NCBI GenBank assembly: GCA_039794005.1
Contig: JBAMMA010000004.1
Location: forward strand, 1 to 44,986
Direction of reading: 5' to 3'
From: Thermoplasmata archaeon
GTDB lineage: Archaea > Thermoplasmatota > Thermoplasmata > Thermoplasmatales > ARK-15
DNA length: 44,986 nucleotides
A model generated the notes under the pieces. It was not told the DNA's origin, did not search any database, and saw only the letters and a program-made list of their open reading frames with translations. The position numbers and the translations under genes were made by a program. Below, in pieces: positions 1 to 10,405 of this stretch; positions within the stretch are counted from its first letter, which is position 1; each line of letters begins with the position of its first letter.

Positions 1-1
1 T

Positions 2-317
2 TACAGTATCTTCAATCTGCTCGGAGGAATAGGAGCAGATAAAGCAATAAAGATAGAGAAAAATACATCAATGGGTCATTACAATCACAAAGGAAAAAAA
101 GACGTAGAGCAATTAAAGAATAAAATAATCTTTGATATAAAGAATGGTCAAAGAAGAAGGAATACTGGAAAAGGTGGAATTAAAAGGAAGGCATAAAATC
201 ATCATTGGAGAGAAAGTTTGGAGAGAATCTGGCATCCAAATTAACGGAGAATCTTGTAATTGAAGAATACCAGAGATTCTGGGCATAAGATACATTAAAA
301 AAATTATGTTGAGATGA
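2..317 (+). pseudogene. Possible degenerate transposase fragment (IS1634-like), frameshifted, running in from the window edge
   Basis: Frame 2 reads ...KNTSMGHYNHKGKKDVEQLKNKIIFDIKNG, resembling the G(Y/H)N/S...D..Q segment of IS1634-type transposases. A shifted frame then reads KVWRESGIQINGESCN*RIPEILGI, resembling a transposase C-terminal tail. The resemblance is weak. Confidence 0.3.
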
Positions 318-374
318 AGTATATAGAAAAATGAAATATCCATAAAATACTCTGAAGCTTTTGCTAAGAGTAAC

Positions 375-394
375 TTGCATTAAAATAGTTAAAA
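375..394 (+). repeat. 20-bp direct repeat TTGCATTAAAATAGTTAAAA, copy 1
   Basis: Exact match to 1195-1214; lies just upstream of the MFS pseudogene. Confidence 0.8.
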
Positions 395-435
395 AAATAA
401 ATATTTTTTAATTTACTTTTTAAAAATAATTTATA

Positions 436-1200
436 AAATATACCATATTTGTGAATACAAATCTCATTATTATAATGTCTTTCATAGATATATATCTGAT
501 TTTCCTTCCAACTATTTCAATGGACTAGATCAATATATTTCAAGAGAATGAATTTGTTGATCTTCTCTGGATTATTATGAAATATTCATAGTAGTTTTTC
601 ATTTCATTTTGAAGAATTTCTGACATTAATGGCCAAGTATATATTGTATACAATGGGATTCATAATATTTACAGATTTCAGCATTCTTTTACTTATCATT
701 CCTTAAAATTTTGTAATTTTATACTTTTGATAATTGTTTTCGGGATCGTACTATTTATGAAAAAGTTTTTTGATTAAACAGTTTCAGGTGCTTACCAACG
801 TTTCCTCCAGATGAGATGGAAAAAAACCTTGGGAATTTCGAGTTATATATTCAATTATCAAATATAAGAAGAATGATATTGATCTATAGCCTTTAATTGC
901 AGATCTGTTAATATCCTTATATCCAATATTGCAATAATAATTAATCCTCTCAATGGCAACATGACGTATAAAATGGGAAAAGCAAAGGTATTAATGATCT
1001 TAGGCTTTTTTATTCTGGTGTTGGATTGTTCATTTTAATATACTGTTTGAATTATACATATGATTTAAATGTTTTTATTTATAATAGGTTTTGTAGGAGC
1101 TCTTTTCTGAGTAAATTATTCCACCATTGGTATAGATTCTGAGGGATAATCAAGCAGAACCGTTACAAGCAGCTAATTATATATAATGAAAAAATTGCAT
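436..1200 (+). pseudogene. Degraded paralog of the adjacent MFS transporter (stops, frameshifts, internal deletion)
   Basis: Fragments align in order to the 1411..3120 protein: KYTIFVNTNL~KWTVLTNTML, LPTIS~LPTIF, EFVDLLWIIMKYS~EFTYLLWILMGYS, ISF*RISDING~VSFGKISDIFG, LYTMGFIIFT~MYTWGFIIFT, FPPDEMEKNLG~FPTNERGKALG, NPLNGNMTYKMG~GPIGGVLTDIYG, LFIIGFVGALF~LFLIGVGGGLF. Confidence 0.85.
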
Positions 1201-1214
1201 TAAAATAGTTAAAA
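1195..1214 (+). repeat. 20-bp direct repeat TTGCATTAAAATAGTTAAAA, copy 2
   Basis: Exact match to 375-394; about 200 bp upstream of the intact MFS gene. Confidence 0.8.
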
Positions 1215-1410
1215 TTTCATCCTTTCAACTTTACATAAATATATTTAGTAAAAAATATGTTTTTCTGGTAAGCTTATTTTTGAAAATTCAATAAACATTC
1301 TTAATTCAATCAATTATTTTCTGGGAACTGTATGCCTTCTGGAAGGAATTTCCATGTTAATAATATTCTATTTTATATTGAATTAAATTTCTTAAATATT
1401 TTATACATAA

Positions 1411-3120
1411 ATGATTTATACCTTCAATATGCAGTATAAATGGACAGTTCTTACAAATACAATGCTGGGTGCCCTAATGGCCTCAATAAATATGAATATA
1501 GTTATGGTTACCCTACCCACCATATTCAGGGGGTTAGGTATAAACCCATTCAGTTCAGGAGAATTCACATATCTTTTATGGATCCTGATGGGTTATTCGA
1601 TTGTTCTTGCAACGATCCTAGTATCTTTCGGAAAGATATCGGATATATTTGGAAGGGTAAGGATGTACACATGGGGGTTCATAATTTTTACCATTGCGTC
1701 TATAATTTTATCAGTTGTACCTAGCAATTCAGGGAATTTTGGTGCCCTTCTTCTGATCATATTCAGGATGGTTCAGGCTGTAGGTGGAGGATTTCTAATG
1801 GTCAATTCTACAGCCCTTATCACAGATGCTTTCCCAACAAATGAAAGGGGAAAAGCCCTCGGAATAAATCAAATAGCTTTCATAGTGGGATCGTTGCTGG
1901 GTTTAATTCTGGGTGGATTTCTTGCTGGCTATGACTGGCATCTCGTATTCATAGTTAACATACCTTTTGCGATAGCCGGTACTCTCTGGTCGATATTCAA
2001 ATTAAAGGAAAAAGAAATAAAGCATGAAACAAAACTTGATATTAAGGGAAATATAACACTCGCAGTATCATTAATACTTATCTCTCTGGGATTCACATAT
2101 ACCCTAGAACCGTATGGGAACTCACAGATGGGATGGACTAACCCATGGGTTATTATATCATTCGCTATCGGAATCATATTCCTTTTCGTTTTCATTTACG
2201 TAGAGAAACATACAGAACATCCAATGTTCAACCTATCCCTATTTAAAATAAGGCCATTTACATACGGTAACCTGAGCCTGCTGTTTTCGGGCCTTAGCAG
2301 AGGAGCTGTTATGTTTCTTGTCATTATATGGCTTCAGGGTATATATCTTCCCCTGCATGGTTTTTCATATACGGAAACTCCATTCTGGGCTGGAATATAC
2401 ATGCTAACAATGCTGTTAGGAATGGTAATATTCGGCCCAATTGGCGGTGTTCTAACTGACATTTACGGTGCAAGGATTTTTGCCACGGCAGGCATGGCAA
2501 TAACAACGGTATCTTTATTTCTTTTAACTTTGCTTCCATACAACTTCAATCTCTGGGAATTTGAAATAATACTGTTTCTGATAGGGGTTGGTGGTGGTTT
2601 ATTTGCATCACCAAACACCACGGCCATAATGAACGCGGTCTCTTCAAAAGACAGAGCTACAGCAAATGGTATGAGAATGACTATAAACAATATAGCATCA
2701 ACGATAAGCATGGCGGTTTTCTTTTCAATAGCAATAACGGTTTTTACACAAAACCTGCCCAGCCAGATAATGAAATATTCAATTACAAATGGAATTCCTG
2801 AAAATATTGCATACATGTTATCCCAGATTCCACCATCCGGATTATTGTTTGGTGCTTTCCTTGGAGTAAATCCAATTGCCGGTTTGCCATCTAACATTGT
2901 TTCAATGATACCTCCAAACGCACTCAAAGTCATAGAATCTCCAACATTTCTTCCAAATATTCTCGGACCATCATTTATGATCGGTCTTGATTATTCAATA
3001 TACATAGCAATTGTACTTTCAATACTGGCAACAATATTTTCCGCTCTCATGGGCGGAAGATATGTTCATGAAGAACATTTTGAATCATTATTACAGAAAT
3101 CAGAGAGTAATGAAAAATAA
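1411..3120 (+). CDS. MFS transporter, DHA2 (EmrB/QacA-like, 14-TMS) efflux family
   Basis: 569-aa hydrophobic ORF with motif A GKISDIFGRVR, FRMVQAVGGG, WHLVFIVNIP and FASPNTTAIM. The start may be the ATG at 1429. Confidence 0.92.
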   Translation: MIYTFNMQYKWTVLTNTMLGALMASINMNIVMVTLPTIFRGLGINPFSSGEFTYLLWILMGYSIVLATILVSFGKISDIFGRVRMYTWGFIIFTIASIILSVVPSNSGNFGALLLIIFRMVQAVGGGFLMVNSTALITDAFPTNERGKALGINQIAFIVGSLLGLILGGFLAGYDWHLVFIVNIPFAIAGTLWSIFKLKEKEIKHETKLDIKGNITLAVSLILISLGFTYTLEPYGNSQMGWTNPWVIISFAIGIIFLFVFIYVEKHTEHPMFNLSLFKIRPFTYGNLSLLFSGLSRGAVMFLVIIWLQGIYLPLHGFSYTETPFWAGIYMLTMLLGMVIFGPIGGVLTDIYGARIFATAGMAITTVSLFLLTLLPYNFNLWEFEIILFLIGVGGGLFASPNTTAIMNAVSSKDRATANGMRMTINNIASTISMAVFFSIAITVFTQNLPSQIMKYSITNGIPENIAYMLSQIPPSGLLFGAFLGVNPIAGLPSNIVSMIPPNALKVIESPTFLPNILGPSFMIGLDYSIYIAIVLSILATIFSALMGGRYVHEEHFESLLQKSESNEK

Positions 3121-3130
3121 AACCTTAATT

Positions 3131-3162
3131 CTCATGCAAATGCATGAGCATTTTTATTTTTT
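3131..3162 (+). terminator. Inverted repeat CTCATGCA-aa-TGCATGAG followed by a T-tract (terminator-like)
   Basis: Perfect 8-bp arms at 3131-3148, 10 bp after the MFS stop codon, followed by CATTTTTATTTTTT. Confidence 0.5.
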
Positions 3163-3339
3163 AACAATACCCTGAAATAATACAGTGATTAAATGTTATA
3201 GAATCCATAATTATGTTTAAAGGCCTTAATGATACTTCATGTCATAAAATTTGAAAAATTAAAGAAAAAATATAGTTAAAATAATTTCAGAATCCAAGCC
3301 AATTATTTAGCTCAAATTAAACTGAAATTAGAAATTAAT

Positions 3340-3670
3340 TATAATGGAAACTATTATAAAAGAAAAGAGATTTGATAAGAATACCCAATTGATACTTTTA
3401 TTTCTGCCTTAACAGCCTGCAAGACAATCTATATCGCTACATTATTAAAAAAAGCATTAAATTTTCCCAGATATAAATGCATGAACAAAATGAATTCTGA
3501 GAAAAAATCTACCAAAAATTTCCAAAAATAGAAATTTGGTATATATTTTCAGGCTTATAACATCTAAATCTAAAATAAAAAAAGGCAAATGATCTTTCAT
3601 TCAAAGAATATTCTCCATCAGCAATAATTCTGCAGAAATCAGGTATTAAATTAAATAATTTAAAACATAA
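3340..3670 (+). pseudogene. OsmC-family protein remnant
   Basis: From 3385 reads PIDTFISALTACKTIYIATLLKK (OsmC P.E.L..AL..C motif). A later segment reads DLSFKEYSPSAIILQKSGIKL, the C-terminal YC.V motif with the Cys lost. Interrupted by stops and frameshifts; boundaries approximate. Confidence 0.6.
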
Positions 3671-3682
3671 CTTTTCAAATTT

Positions 3683-4930
3683 TTAAATAATGGGTATCTG
3701 AATATTTTCAATTGATTGTCTTGATATTTGGTATTTCTGTCTTGAGCTATCTATATTTTAACTTTATCTTATATATACCTGATAGTTTTAACGGTAAATC
3801 TTTTACTAAATAATTCTTAAGCATTTTCTTTGACCTTAATATGTTGAGGATCCTGTAATAAAAAAGCATTGATACAGAATTCACAGGCCCCAATTATTCA
3901 AGCTCATAATCATCTCTTATGTATGGTCGGTCTGCCTCGAGCACATTTTTAACTGTTTCAAAAATCTGATTAATATTTACAATTACCTTTAAGATTTCAT
4001 ATATCTTATCACCTTATTCATTAAAATCTTTAATTACTGATATCGTTCCCATCTCTCTATATTTATAATAAAATTTTTCCATATTGTTATCCTTAATGTT
4101 CTTAAAATAATCATTTTCCTGATGTGCTTTGAGATGTTCATAAGGAAATAATATTATATTCCTTTTACCAAGATTTTTTCCAAATACCATGTCTGACATC
4201 CTAAAAAAATGAAAAAATTTATGTTTCTCTTATCATAATTATAATTCATCATCGAAAGATTCCTTTTTAAAAGAATTATTCAATGTATTTTCCATTGCTC
4301 CAATTCATTTACATTATCTTGGGAATAGAATTTCCCGCCATAAAAAAATAATATTTGCTTTATTCCACTTTTCTCTCTTGTGATCATTATTGATGATATA
4401 CCTGTTTAAAATCCAACATAGATTTTCTAATATGCATGTTAGTTATTAATAGATGTCAAAAAGATACAAGAGCTGAATATGAGAAAGATTCATTCTTTGG
4501 ATTATGGCCCATTTTGATTGATATAGTATTTTTCGATAATGAAAATACGTGTATTAAATCTATTACCATATATTAACAACAGAGAAAAATTTTGGGAAGA
4601 TCACAAAACTTGGCCTATTAATTTTTATTTCCCTCAGAATCTCTTTAAGTATTATTTTTCATAAATCAACCGAATATTTTTCAATGGTGAACTGTGCATA
4701 AATCTTATTATCGAATGGTAAATATTAAATCATTATCTGAAAATATTCCTTTGAAATCTTTAAGAATATACTAACCCATAATATGAATGACATTGATGCA
4801 TTATACTCCTTCGCTATAATATGCTTTAACTCTTCAACAATTCTTTCTAATTTTAGATGTATCCATGCCATCGGGGGTTATTTTCCAAATGTGGTTATAG
4901 GTAATGATCTGTGCTCTTTTCTTTTTTCAT
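3683..4930 (-). mobile_element. Heavily degraded IS1634-like DDE transposase pseudogene
   Basis: Minus-strand fragments in the expected order: KRAQIITYNHIWKITPDG; DLIHVFSLSKNTISIKMGHNPK; MGTISVIKDFNE*; IYEILKVIVNINQIFETVKNVLEADRPYIRDDYELE*; LFYYRILNILRSKKML; VYKIKL...TEIP. Many stops and frameshifts; no intact terminal repeats seen. Explains the 4014..4199 ORF. Confidence 0.75.
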
Positions 4931-5090
4931 TATAAACACTTTGAACTTTATAAATATGATATACCTTATATGACTCGAAATTGGGTTTTCCAAGCCCTTT
5001 TCTTTAAAATTATATTTTTTAAATTTTTCGATGAAATTATGGGAATAGAATGAAAACATTTATTAACTTTAAATATAAATAATTATTGGA

Positions 5091-7739
5091 ATGGATTTGA
5101 TAGATTATTCATCAGATTTAAGAAAAATTGATTTCAATTCGGGATTATATATTATAGTTGAAGGTCAAGATGAATTTGGCATTTCATTCTATATTAAAAA
5201 CCTGATAAAAAAAAGGAATGGAAATAATATTTCTATTAAATTGGAAGAAAATTCTGATAACTTAAAAAAGATACTTGAAACTTTAAATCTATCTAACCAA
5301 TACCTAAAAATTGCAAAATATTCACTATCCTATTCTCCATTAGATATTAAAAAAAATAAGAATGAGGAAAATATAGCATATATTTTAATAAAATCGAAAT
5401 TAGATGATTATTTAAATAATGAAAATAACTACCTGATAATTGAAAATATCGATTTGGCTGATTTAGATTTACAATCGATAATATTTCAAATAATTACTGA
5501 GCATATAAAAAATAAGAATAAGGGAGGAATAATATTAACGTATTCTTCTAAAAACATTAATGAAAATTTGAATGAAATTTTAATAATTTTAAAATCCCTA
5601 GGTTTTAAAGAGATTAAATTCGAAAAATTATCCGAAGATGAAGTTATAGAATACTTGCATAATGAAAATTATAATATACCAACACAGATAATATCATACA
5701 TATATTCCGAGACCAATGGAAATCTGAAGAAAATAATGGATGTAATAAAATTGATGGAAAAAAATGAGTTAATAGTAAATAAATATTATGTTGGAGAATT
5801 GACAAACTATTATTTAAGTATAATCTCTAAATTTATTGTAGAAAATATAGAGGAAAAAAAGATTTTAGAAGAACTATCTCCTGGGGAAATTGTTATAATT
5901 TTATATTTAACGTTTTTAAATAATAAAATAGACGAATTAAAATTATTGGAAATCACTAATCTTCCAGAAAAAACATTTATAGATTCTTTAGACTCTTTAA
6001 TAAGAAAAGGCATAATAAACGAAATAGGAGATGGAGTAGAAATAAAACACAAAAAATTTTCAGAATATATACAAAAAGTATTTTCCAATTTTAAATTTTC
6101 AGATGCTCATTTAAAAATTGCAAAAATAAAAGAGGAAGAGGGAAATTATTTTGAAGCTGGATTCAATTATTTTAAAGCAGGTAATTATGATAAAGCATAT
6201 GAAATTCTTAAAAAACTTGGAATTCAAGAATTTGAAAATAACAATTTTAAAAAAGCCAGAGAATGCTTTGATATTGCAATTAAAATAAAAAGGGATGATC
6301 CGGAATTAATAAAATATTATTCTCAGACATTGATGATTTACGGGGATTGGGAAGAAACTATAAAAATTATAAATGAAAATTTAAAAGAAATTGATTTAGA
6401 ATTGAAATTAATTTTGGCTGAAGCTCTTTATGAAAGTGGAAAATATAATGAATCCCTTAACCTATACAATAAAATTTTAACAGTTTCCAAAGACCCTGAT
6501 TTAATGGCAAGAGCCCTGTTTGGGATAGGTGTAAATCTCTACAATAAAAATTCATTCATAGGTGCAAAATATTTTATTGAAATGTCTAAGGAGAAAGCAA
6601 AAGAAATTAAAAATTATAAAATTTTAGCAAAATCTTTGAGAATATTAGGTAGACTTTTCTCAATGGATTTAAATTATGAGGAATCACTAAAATATTTAAA
6701 TCAATCAAAAGAGATAAGCGAATCTATTGGTGATATGAATGAATTAATAGAAACATTAATAGATTTAGGTCAAATATATTCCGAAATAAATGTTAAAGAA
6801 GGTATAAAATATTATTTTGAAGCACAAAAATTAGCTGAAAAATATTGGTATCCACAATATTTAATTCCTTTATATATAAACAATTCACTTATTTATTTAT
6901 ATAATTTTCAAATTAAGGAAATGATATTTTTATTAAAAAGAGCATATGTTTTATCAATTATACGAAAGGATTATCAAAATAGCATTAAAGCCGTTAAAAA
7001 TCTTTTCTACCAATTAATAAAATCCGGTGAATTCAACGATATTTGGAATCTTTTGATCAATGGTATAAATTATGCCGAACACCTGGGTAAAAAATATGAT
7101 ATAATAGAGTTAAAAAGTTTATCAAACATTTTGATGTTAATAAATGGAGACAATCCAGAATGGGAAAATAATTTAATTTTGTTGGAAAATTCCAATCTTA
7201 ATTATTACATAAACAGATCGTTAATAATTAAAGTTTGGTTAACTTTCTATAGTAGAGATTTTTGGAATTCAATTAATATTTTAGAATTACATTTAATTAA
7301 TCATCTAGAGGATCTAGGAATCGAAAATATTATAGATATTATAGATTTTGTTCCTTACTATATTTACAGCCTACTTGCAACAAATTCATATGAAAAAAAT
7401 AAAATTTATAAAATAATTGATAATCTAAAATATATTAAATACATAAATGATATTGATTATATAAATAAGAATTTAAAATTGCTTGATTTATTCATAAAAA
7501 TTGAAGATTCTGAAGATGAAAAAATTATAAATGATTTTTATGATTTAATTAAAATATATAAAGAGAACGGCTTATTTTATCAGACTTTTATTTACAAAAC
7601 CATATTTGGAATAGCTATGAAAAAATATAGGAATAATAATATTATTTTAAAAGATGTTTTAAGCGATTATAAAACAATTTCTGAAAAAGGTATTATAAAA
7701 GTATTTGATTTATTAAATGAATATGAAAATAACATGTAA
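5091..7739 (+). CDS. STAND-like (AAA_16-type) NTPase-wHTH-TPR protein with degenerate Walker A
   Basis: IIVEGQDEFGIS at the P-loop position, Walker B-like YLIIENIDLAD, TNGNL at the GNP helical motif, a winged-helix segment (LDSLIRKGII...KHKKFSEYI), then many TPR-like helices (AKSLRILGRLF, ETLIDLGQIY). Confidence 0.75.
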   Translation: MDLIDYSSDLRKIDFNSGLYIIVEGQDEFGISFYIKNLIKKRNGNNISIKLEENSDNLKKILETLNLSNQYLKIAKYSLSYSPLDIKKNKNEENIAYILIKSKLDDYLNNENNYLIIENIDLADLDLQSIIFQIITEHIKNKNKGGIILTYSSKNINENLNEILIILKSLGFKEIKFEKLSEDEVIEYLHNENYNIPTQIISYIYSETNGNLKKIMDVIKLMEKNELIVNKYYVGELTNYYLSIISKFIVENIEEKKILEELSPGEIVIILYLTFLNNKIDELKLLEITNLPEKTFIDSLDSLIRKGIINEIGDGVEIKHKKFSEYIQKVFSNFKFSDAHLKIAKIKEEEGNYFEAGFNYFKAGNYDKAYEILKKLGIQEFENNNFKKARECFDIAIKIKRDDPELIKYYSQTLMIYGDWEETIKIINENLKEIDLELKLILAEALYESGKYNESLNLYNKILTVSKDPDLMARALFGIGVNLYNKNSFIGAKYFIEMSKEKAKEIKNYKILAKSLRILGRLFSMDLNYEESLKYLNQSKEISESIGDMNELIETLIDLGQIYSEINVKEGIKYYFEAQKLAEKYWYPQYLIPLYINNSLIYLYNFQIKEMIFLLKRAYVLSIIRKDYQNSIKAVKNLFYQLIKSGEFNDIWNLLINGINYAEHLGKKYDIIELKSLSNILMLINGDNPEWENNLILLENSNLNYYINRSLIIKVWLTFYSRDFWNSINILELHLINHLEDLGIENIIDIIDFVPYYIYSLLATNSYEKNKIYKIIDNLKYIKYINDIDYINKNLKLLDLFIKIEDSEDEKIINDFYDLIKIYKENGLFYQTFIYKTIFGIAMKKYRNNNIILKDVLSDYKTISEKGIIKVFDLLNEYENNM

Positions 7740-10332
7740 TTTGTATGAAATTTCAAAATATTTTGATATCTTTGTTAATAATATGAAGGAAAAATTCTTT
7801 ATTCTTTCAGGAAAAGAAGGTACTGGAAAAACATCTGTTATTTTAAAGTTGGTTAAAAACTATAACATAAATTATAACTACTTTTCACCCACAGAAAAAG
7901 AGAACCAAATTGAGAATCTATTAGAATCATTAGGAATAAATAGAGAATTATACAGTAAAATTAAATACTTACAATTTTTTTCTCCCTCCTCATTTTCTAA
8001 CAATGAATCCTTTAAATTATTGTTATTAAATGATTATTTTGAAAATATAAGCAAAAGTAATGAATCAAAAATTCTAATTTTTGATGATTTTGATAAATAT
8101 AACTCAGATTTGAAGGACTTATTAATAATAAATTTTAGAAAATTATTAAATACAGAAAATTCTGTAAAAATAATTATTATTTTTACAGATGTGGATGAAA
8201 ATGATCAAATTTATCTAAAATCCATATCAGATGATATAATGATTTATGAATTGGAACCTTTAGATTTTGAACATCTAATAAAATTTTTCGAAGAAAATGG
8301 ATATCAATTGCCTAATAAAATAATAGAGATAATATATAAATATTCAGATGGATTTTTAAAAGATGCATTTAAAATTATTAAAATATTGGAAGATTTTAAA
8401 TTTATAGTAAATAAAAATTTTGTAAAGCCATTGAGTCGTGAAAATTTGGAGTTTATAAAAAATATAATAATGATGAATAAAAATGTAAATCTAAACAATT
8501 TATCAGACGATCAGATAAATTTATTATTATTTTTAACATATATAAATAATTCTATAAAATTAAGTAATATAAATAAATATATTAATATTAAAATTGATGA
8601 TATAATTCAATTAGAAAATCTTCAGATTATCAAAAGGATTAATGAAGATCTAATCTATCTCTCAACAAATTTCAATCCAAAAGAATTGGAAGAAATAATA
8701 TCAAATACAAAAAAAATGTTTATTAAAATGAGGGCAATAAAATATTTAGAGGATATTAAGGATTACATAAATTTAGGCATTATTTATTTATCAATGAATT
8801 TACACGATAAAGCTCATAATTACTTAAGAGAATATGGTTTAAAAGAATATTACAATGGAAATTTTAGTACCTCATTAAAAGCATTAGGAGAATGTTGGAA
8901 ATATCATACTGATGACAAAGAAATTGGTCTAGCCCTAATAAAAATTTATAACTTTTATGAAGATTTTGAGCATTCATTGATGATTTCTGAAAAATTGTTC
9001 GAAAAGTTTAAAAATGATTGTGAAATTAAAATCATTCATTCTATAAATCTTTATAAAAAAGAAGATTATGATAATAGTTATAAAATTTTAAATTCTTTAA
9101 TTAATGAGTGTGCTGACCTAAATATTCTTTCTCAGGCATATTTTTATTATAGTATTTTATTAAAAATATACGGTAAGATAAATGAATCGATCAAATTTTT
9201 GAACAAGGCAGAAGATATTGCAATTAAATTAAAAGATTATGACATATTACAAAAAATATATAGATTATTGGGAAATATTTATTATGAAAAAAGAGATTTA
9301 AACAGTGCAACCGATTATTATTTAAAAAGTGCTGAAATATGCAAGGATATTGGAAATTATTACGATTTGGCATCAACATATAATAATTTGGGTAATGTGT
9401 ATTCAGAGATTGACATATCTAAAGGGATAGAATATTACAGTGAAACTCTTTCAATAGCTAAAAAATATTGGTATCCAAGCTTAATAATTTCTTCGAATTC
9501 AAATCTGGCAATTATGAAATGGTATAATTTTGAAATAAAGGATGCCTATGAGATGATGATAAATTCTTATATATTATCTCTATCAAATAATAATTATACC
9601 GCTCTTCTTTTATCCTCAATAAATATTGCAGAATTATCATTAGAAATGGGAAATTATGCCGATATATATCTGTTTATTGAAAAGGCATACAATTACACGA
9701 GTAATAAAACTGATGTTTATCTATATGACGAATTAAAATTTTATTATAAAATAATAAATTTTATATATAAAAAGATTAATTTCAGTTTGGATGAATTTGT
9801 TGAATTAAAAAATTCGGGATTAAGTCAATTTATCTCATTTTATTATTATAATACTATAAGATATTATATATATTTTGGAGATTTTGAAAAAGCATCAAAT
9901 TATTTTGATGAATATTTAAAAATTAAGGAAAATAAATTTACTATAGATGATTATTTATTCATTTCTTTTTATTTACAAAATATTATGTTACATAATCTTA
10001 AACAAGGAATGAAAATTGATGAATATATATACAACATTTATAAAATACTAGAAAATGGAGTAAAAAAAATCAATTCTGTCCTAATTAATGAAATTTTTAA
10101 TGTTCTAAAATTACTCTTTAACATGCCTAATATAAATGAATTATCAACGGAATTAATTTACAACGATTTGGAAAAATTTAAAAACCAAAATCTTATAATT
10201 ACATATTATAGACTTTTATTGATATATTTTTATATACTAAATAATTATCATGGAGATAGCAGTTATTTAAATATGGTAAAGGATTTGATAAGGCAAAATC
10301 ATAAAACAGAAATATTAAAAATTTTCATATAA
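7717..10332 (+). CDS. STAND-like NTPase-wHTH-TPR protein with intact Walker A
   Basis: ILSGKEGTGKT, Walker B ILIFDDFD, TPRs such as IYRLLGNIYY and ASTYNNLGNVYSE. Paralog of the upstream gene (shared A.KYWYP motif); overlaps it by 23 bp. Confidence 0.8.
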   Translation: MNMKITCNLYEISKYFDIFVNNMKEKFFILSGKEGTGKTSVILKLVKNYNINYNYFSPTEKENQIENLLESLGINRELYSKIKYLQFFSPSSFSNNESFKLLLLNDYFENISKSNESKILIFDDFDKYNSDLKDLLIINFRKLLNTENSVKIIIIFTDVDENDQIYLKSISDDIMIYELEPLDFEHLIKFFEENGYQLPNKIIEIIYKYSDGFLKDAFKIIKILEDFKFIVNKNFVKPLSRENLEFIKNIIMMNKNVNLNNLSDDQINLLLFLTYINNSIKLSNINKYINIKIDDIIQLENLQIIKRINEDLIYLSTNFNPKELEEIISNTKKMFIKMRAIKYLEDIKDYINLGIIYLSMNLHDKAHNYLREYGLKEYYNGNFSTSLKALGECWKYHTDDKEIGLALIKIYNFYEDFEHSLMISEKLFEKFKNDCEIKIIHSINLYKKEDYDNSYKILNSLINECADLNILSQAYFYYSILLKIYGKINESIKFLNKAEDIAIKLKDYDILQKIYRLLGNIYYEKRDLNSATDYYLKSAEICKDIGNYYDLASTYNNLGNVYSEIDISKGIEYYSETLSIAKKYWYPSLIISSNSNLAIMKWYNFEIKDAYEMMINSYILSLSNNNYTALLLSSINIAELSLEMGNYADIYLFIEKAYNYTSNKTDVYLYDELKFYYKIINFIYKKINFSLDEFVELKNSGLSQFISFYYYNTIRYYIYFGDFEKASNYFDEYLKIKENKFTIDDYLFISFYLQNIMLHNLKQGMKIDEYIYNIYKILENGVKKINSVLINEIFNVLKLLFNMPNINELSTELIYNDLEKFKNQNLIITYYRLLLIYFYILNNYHGDSSYLNMVKDLIRQNHKTEILKIFI

Positions 10333-10405
10333 TCAAATTTTTTAACTTGTCAAAATTGTAAAATAAAATTTAATTAATTGTGTTAATTTAAAGAATATAG
10401 GGAAA

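Noticed and set aside
113-380. Short minus-strand ORFs 113..343 and 180..380
   Set aside because: No recognisable motifs; they are antisense to a probable transposase relic.
1215-1410. Possible small regulator remnant or operator (near-palindrome CCTTCTGGAAGG) upstream of the MFS gene
   Set aside because: Too short and degenerate to distinguish from chance.
1440-2933. Alternative-frame and antisense ORFs inside the MFS gene
   Set aside because: Shadow ORFs of a well-supported gene.
4014-4199. 61-aa ORF as an independent gene
   Set aside because: It is an internal fragment of the degraded transposase.
5091-10332. Assignment as a named Avs antiviral system
   Set aside because: No N-terminal effector domain is visible and the P-loop begins within the first 30 residues; a defence role cannot be asserted from the sequence alone.
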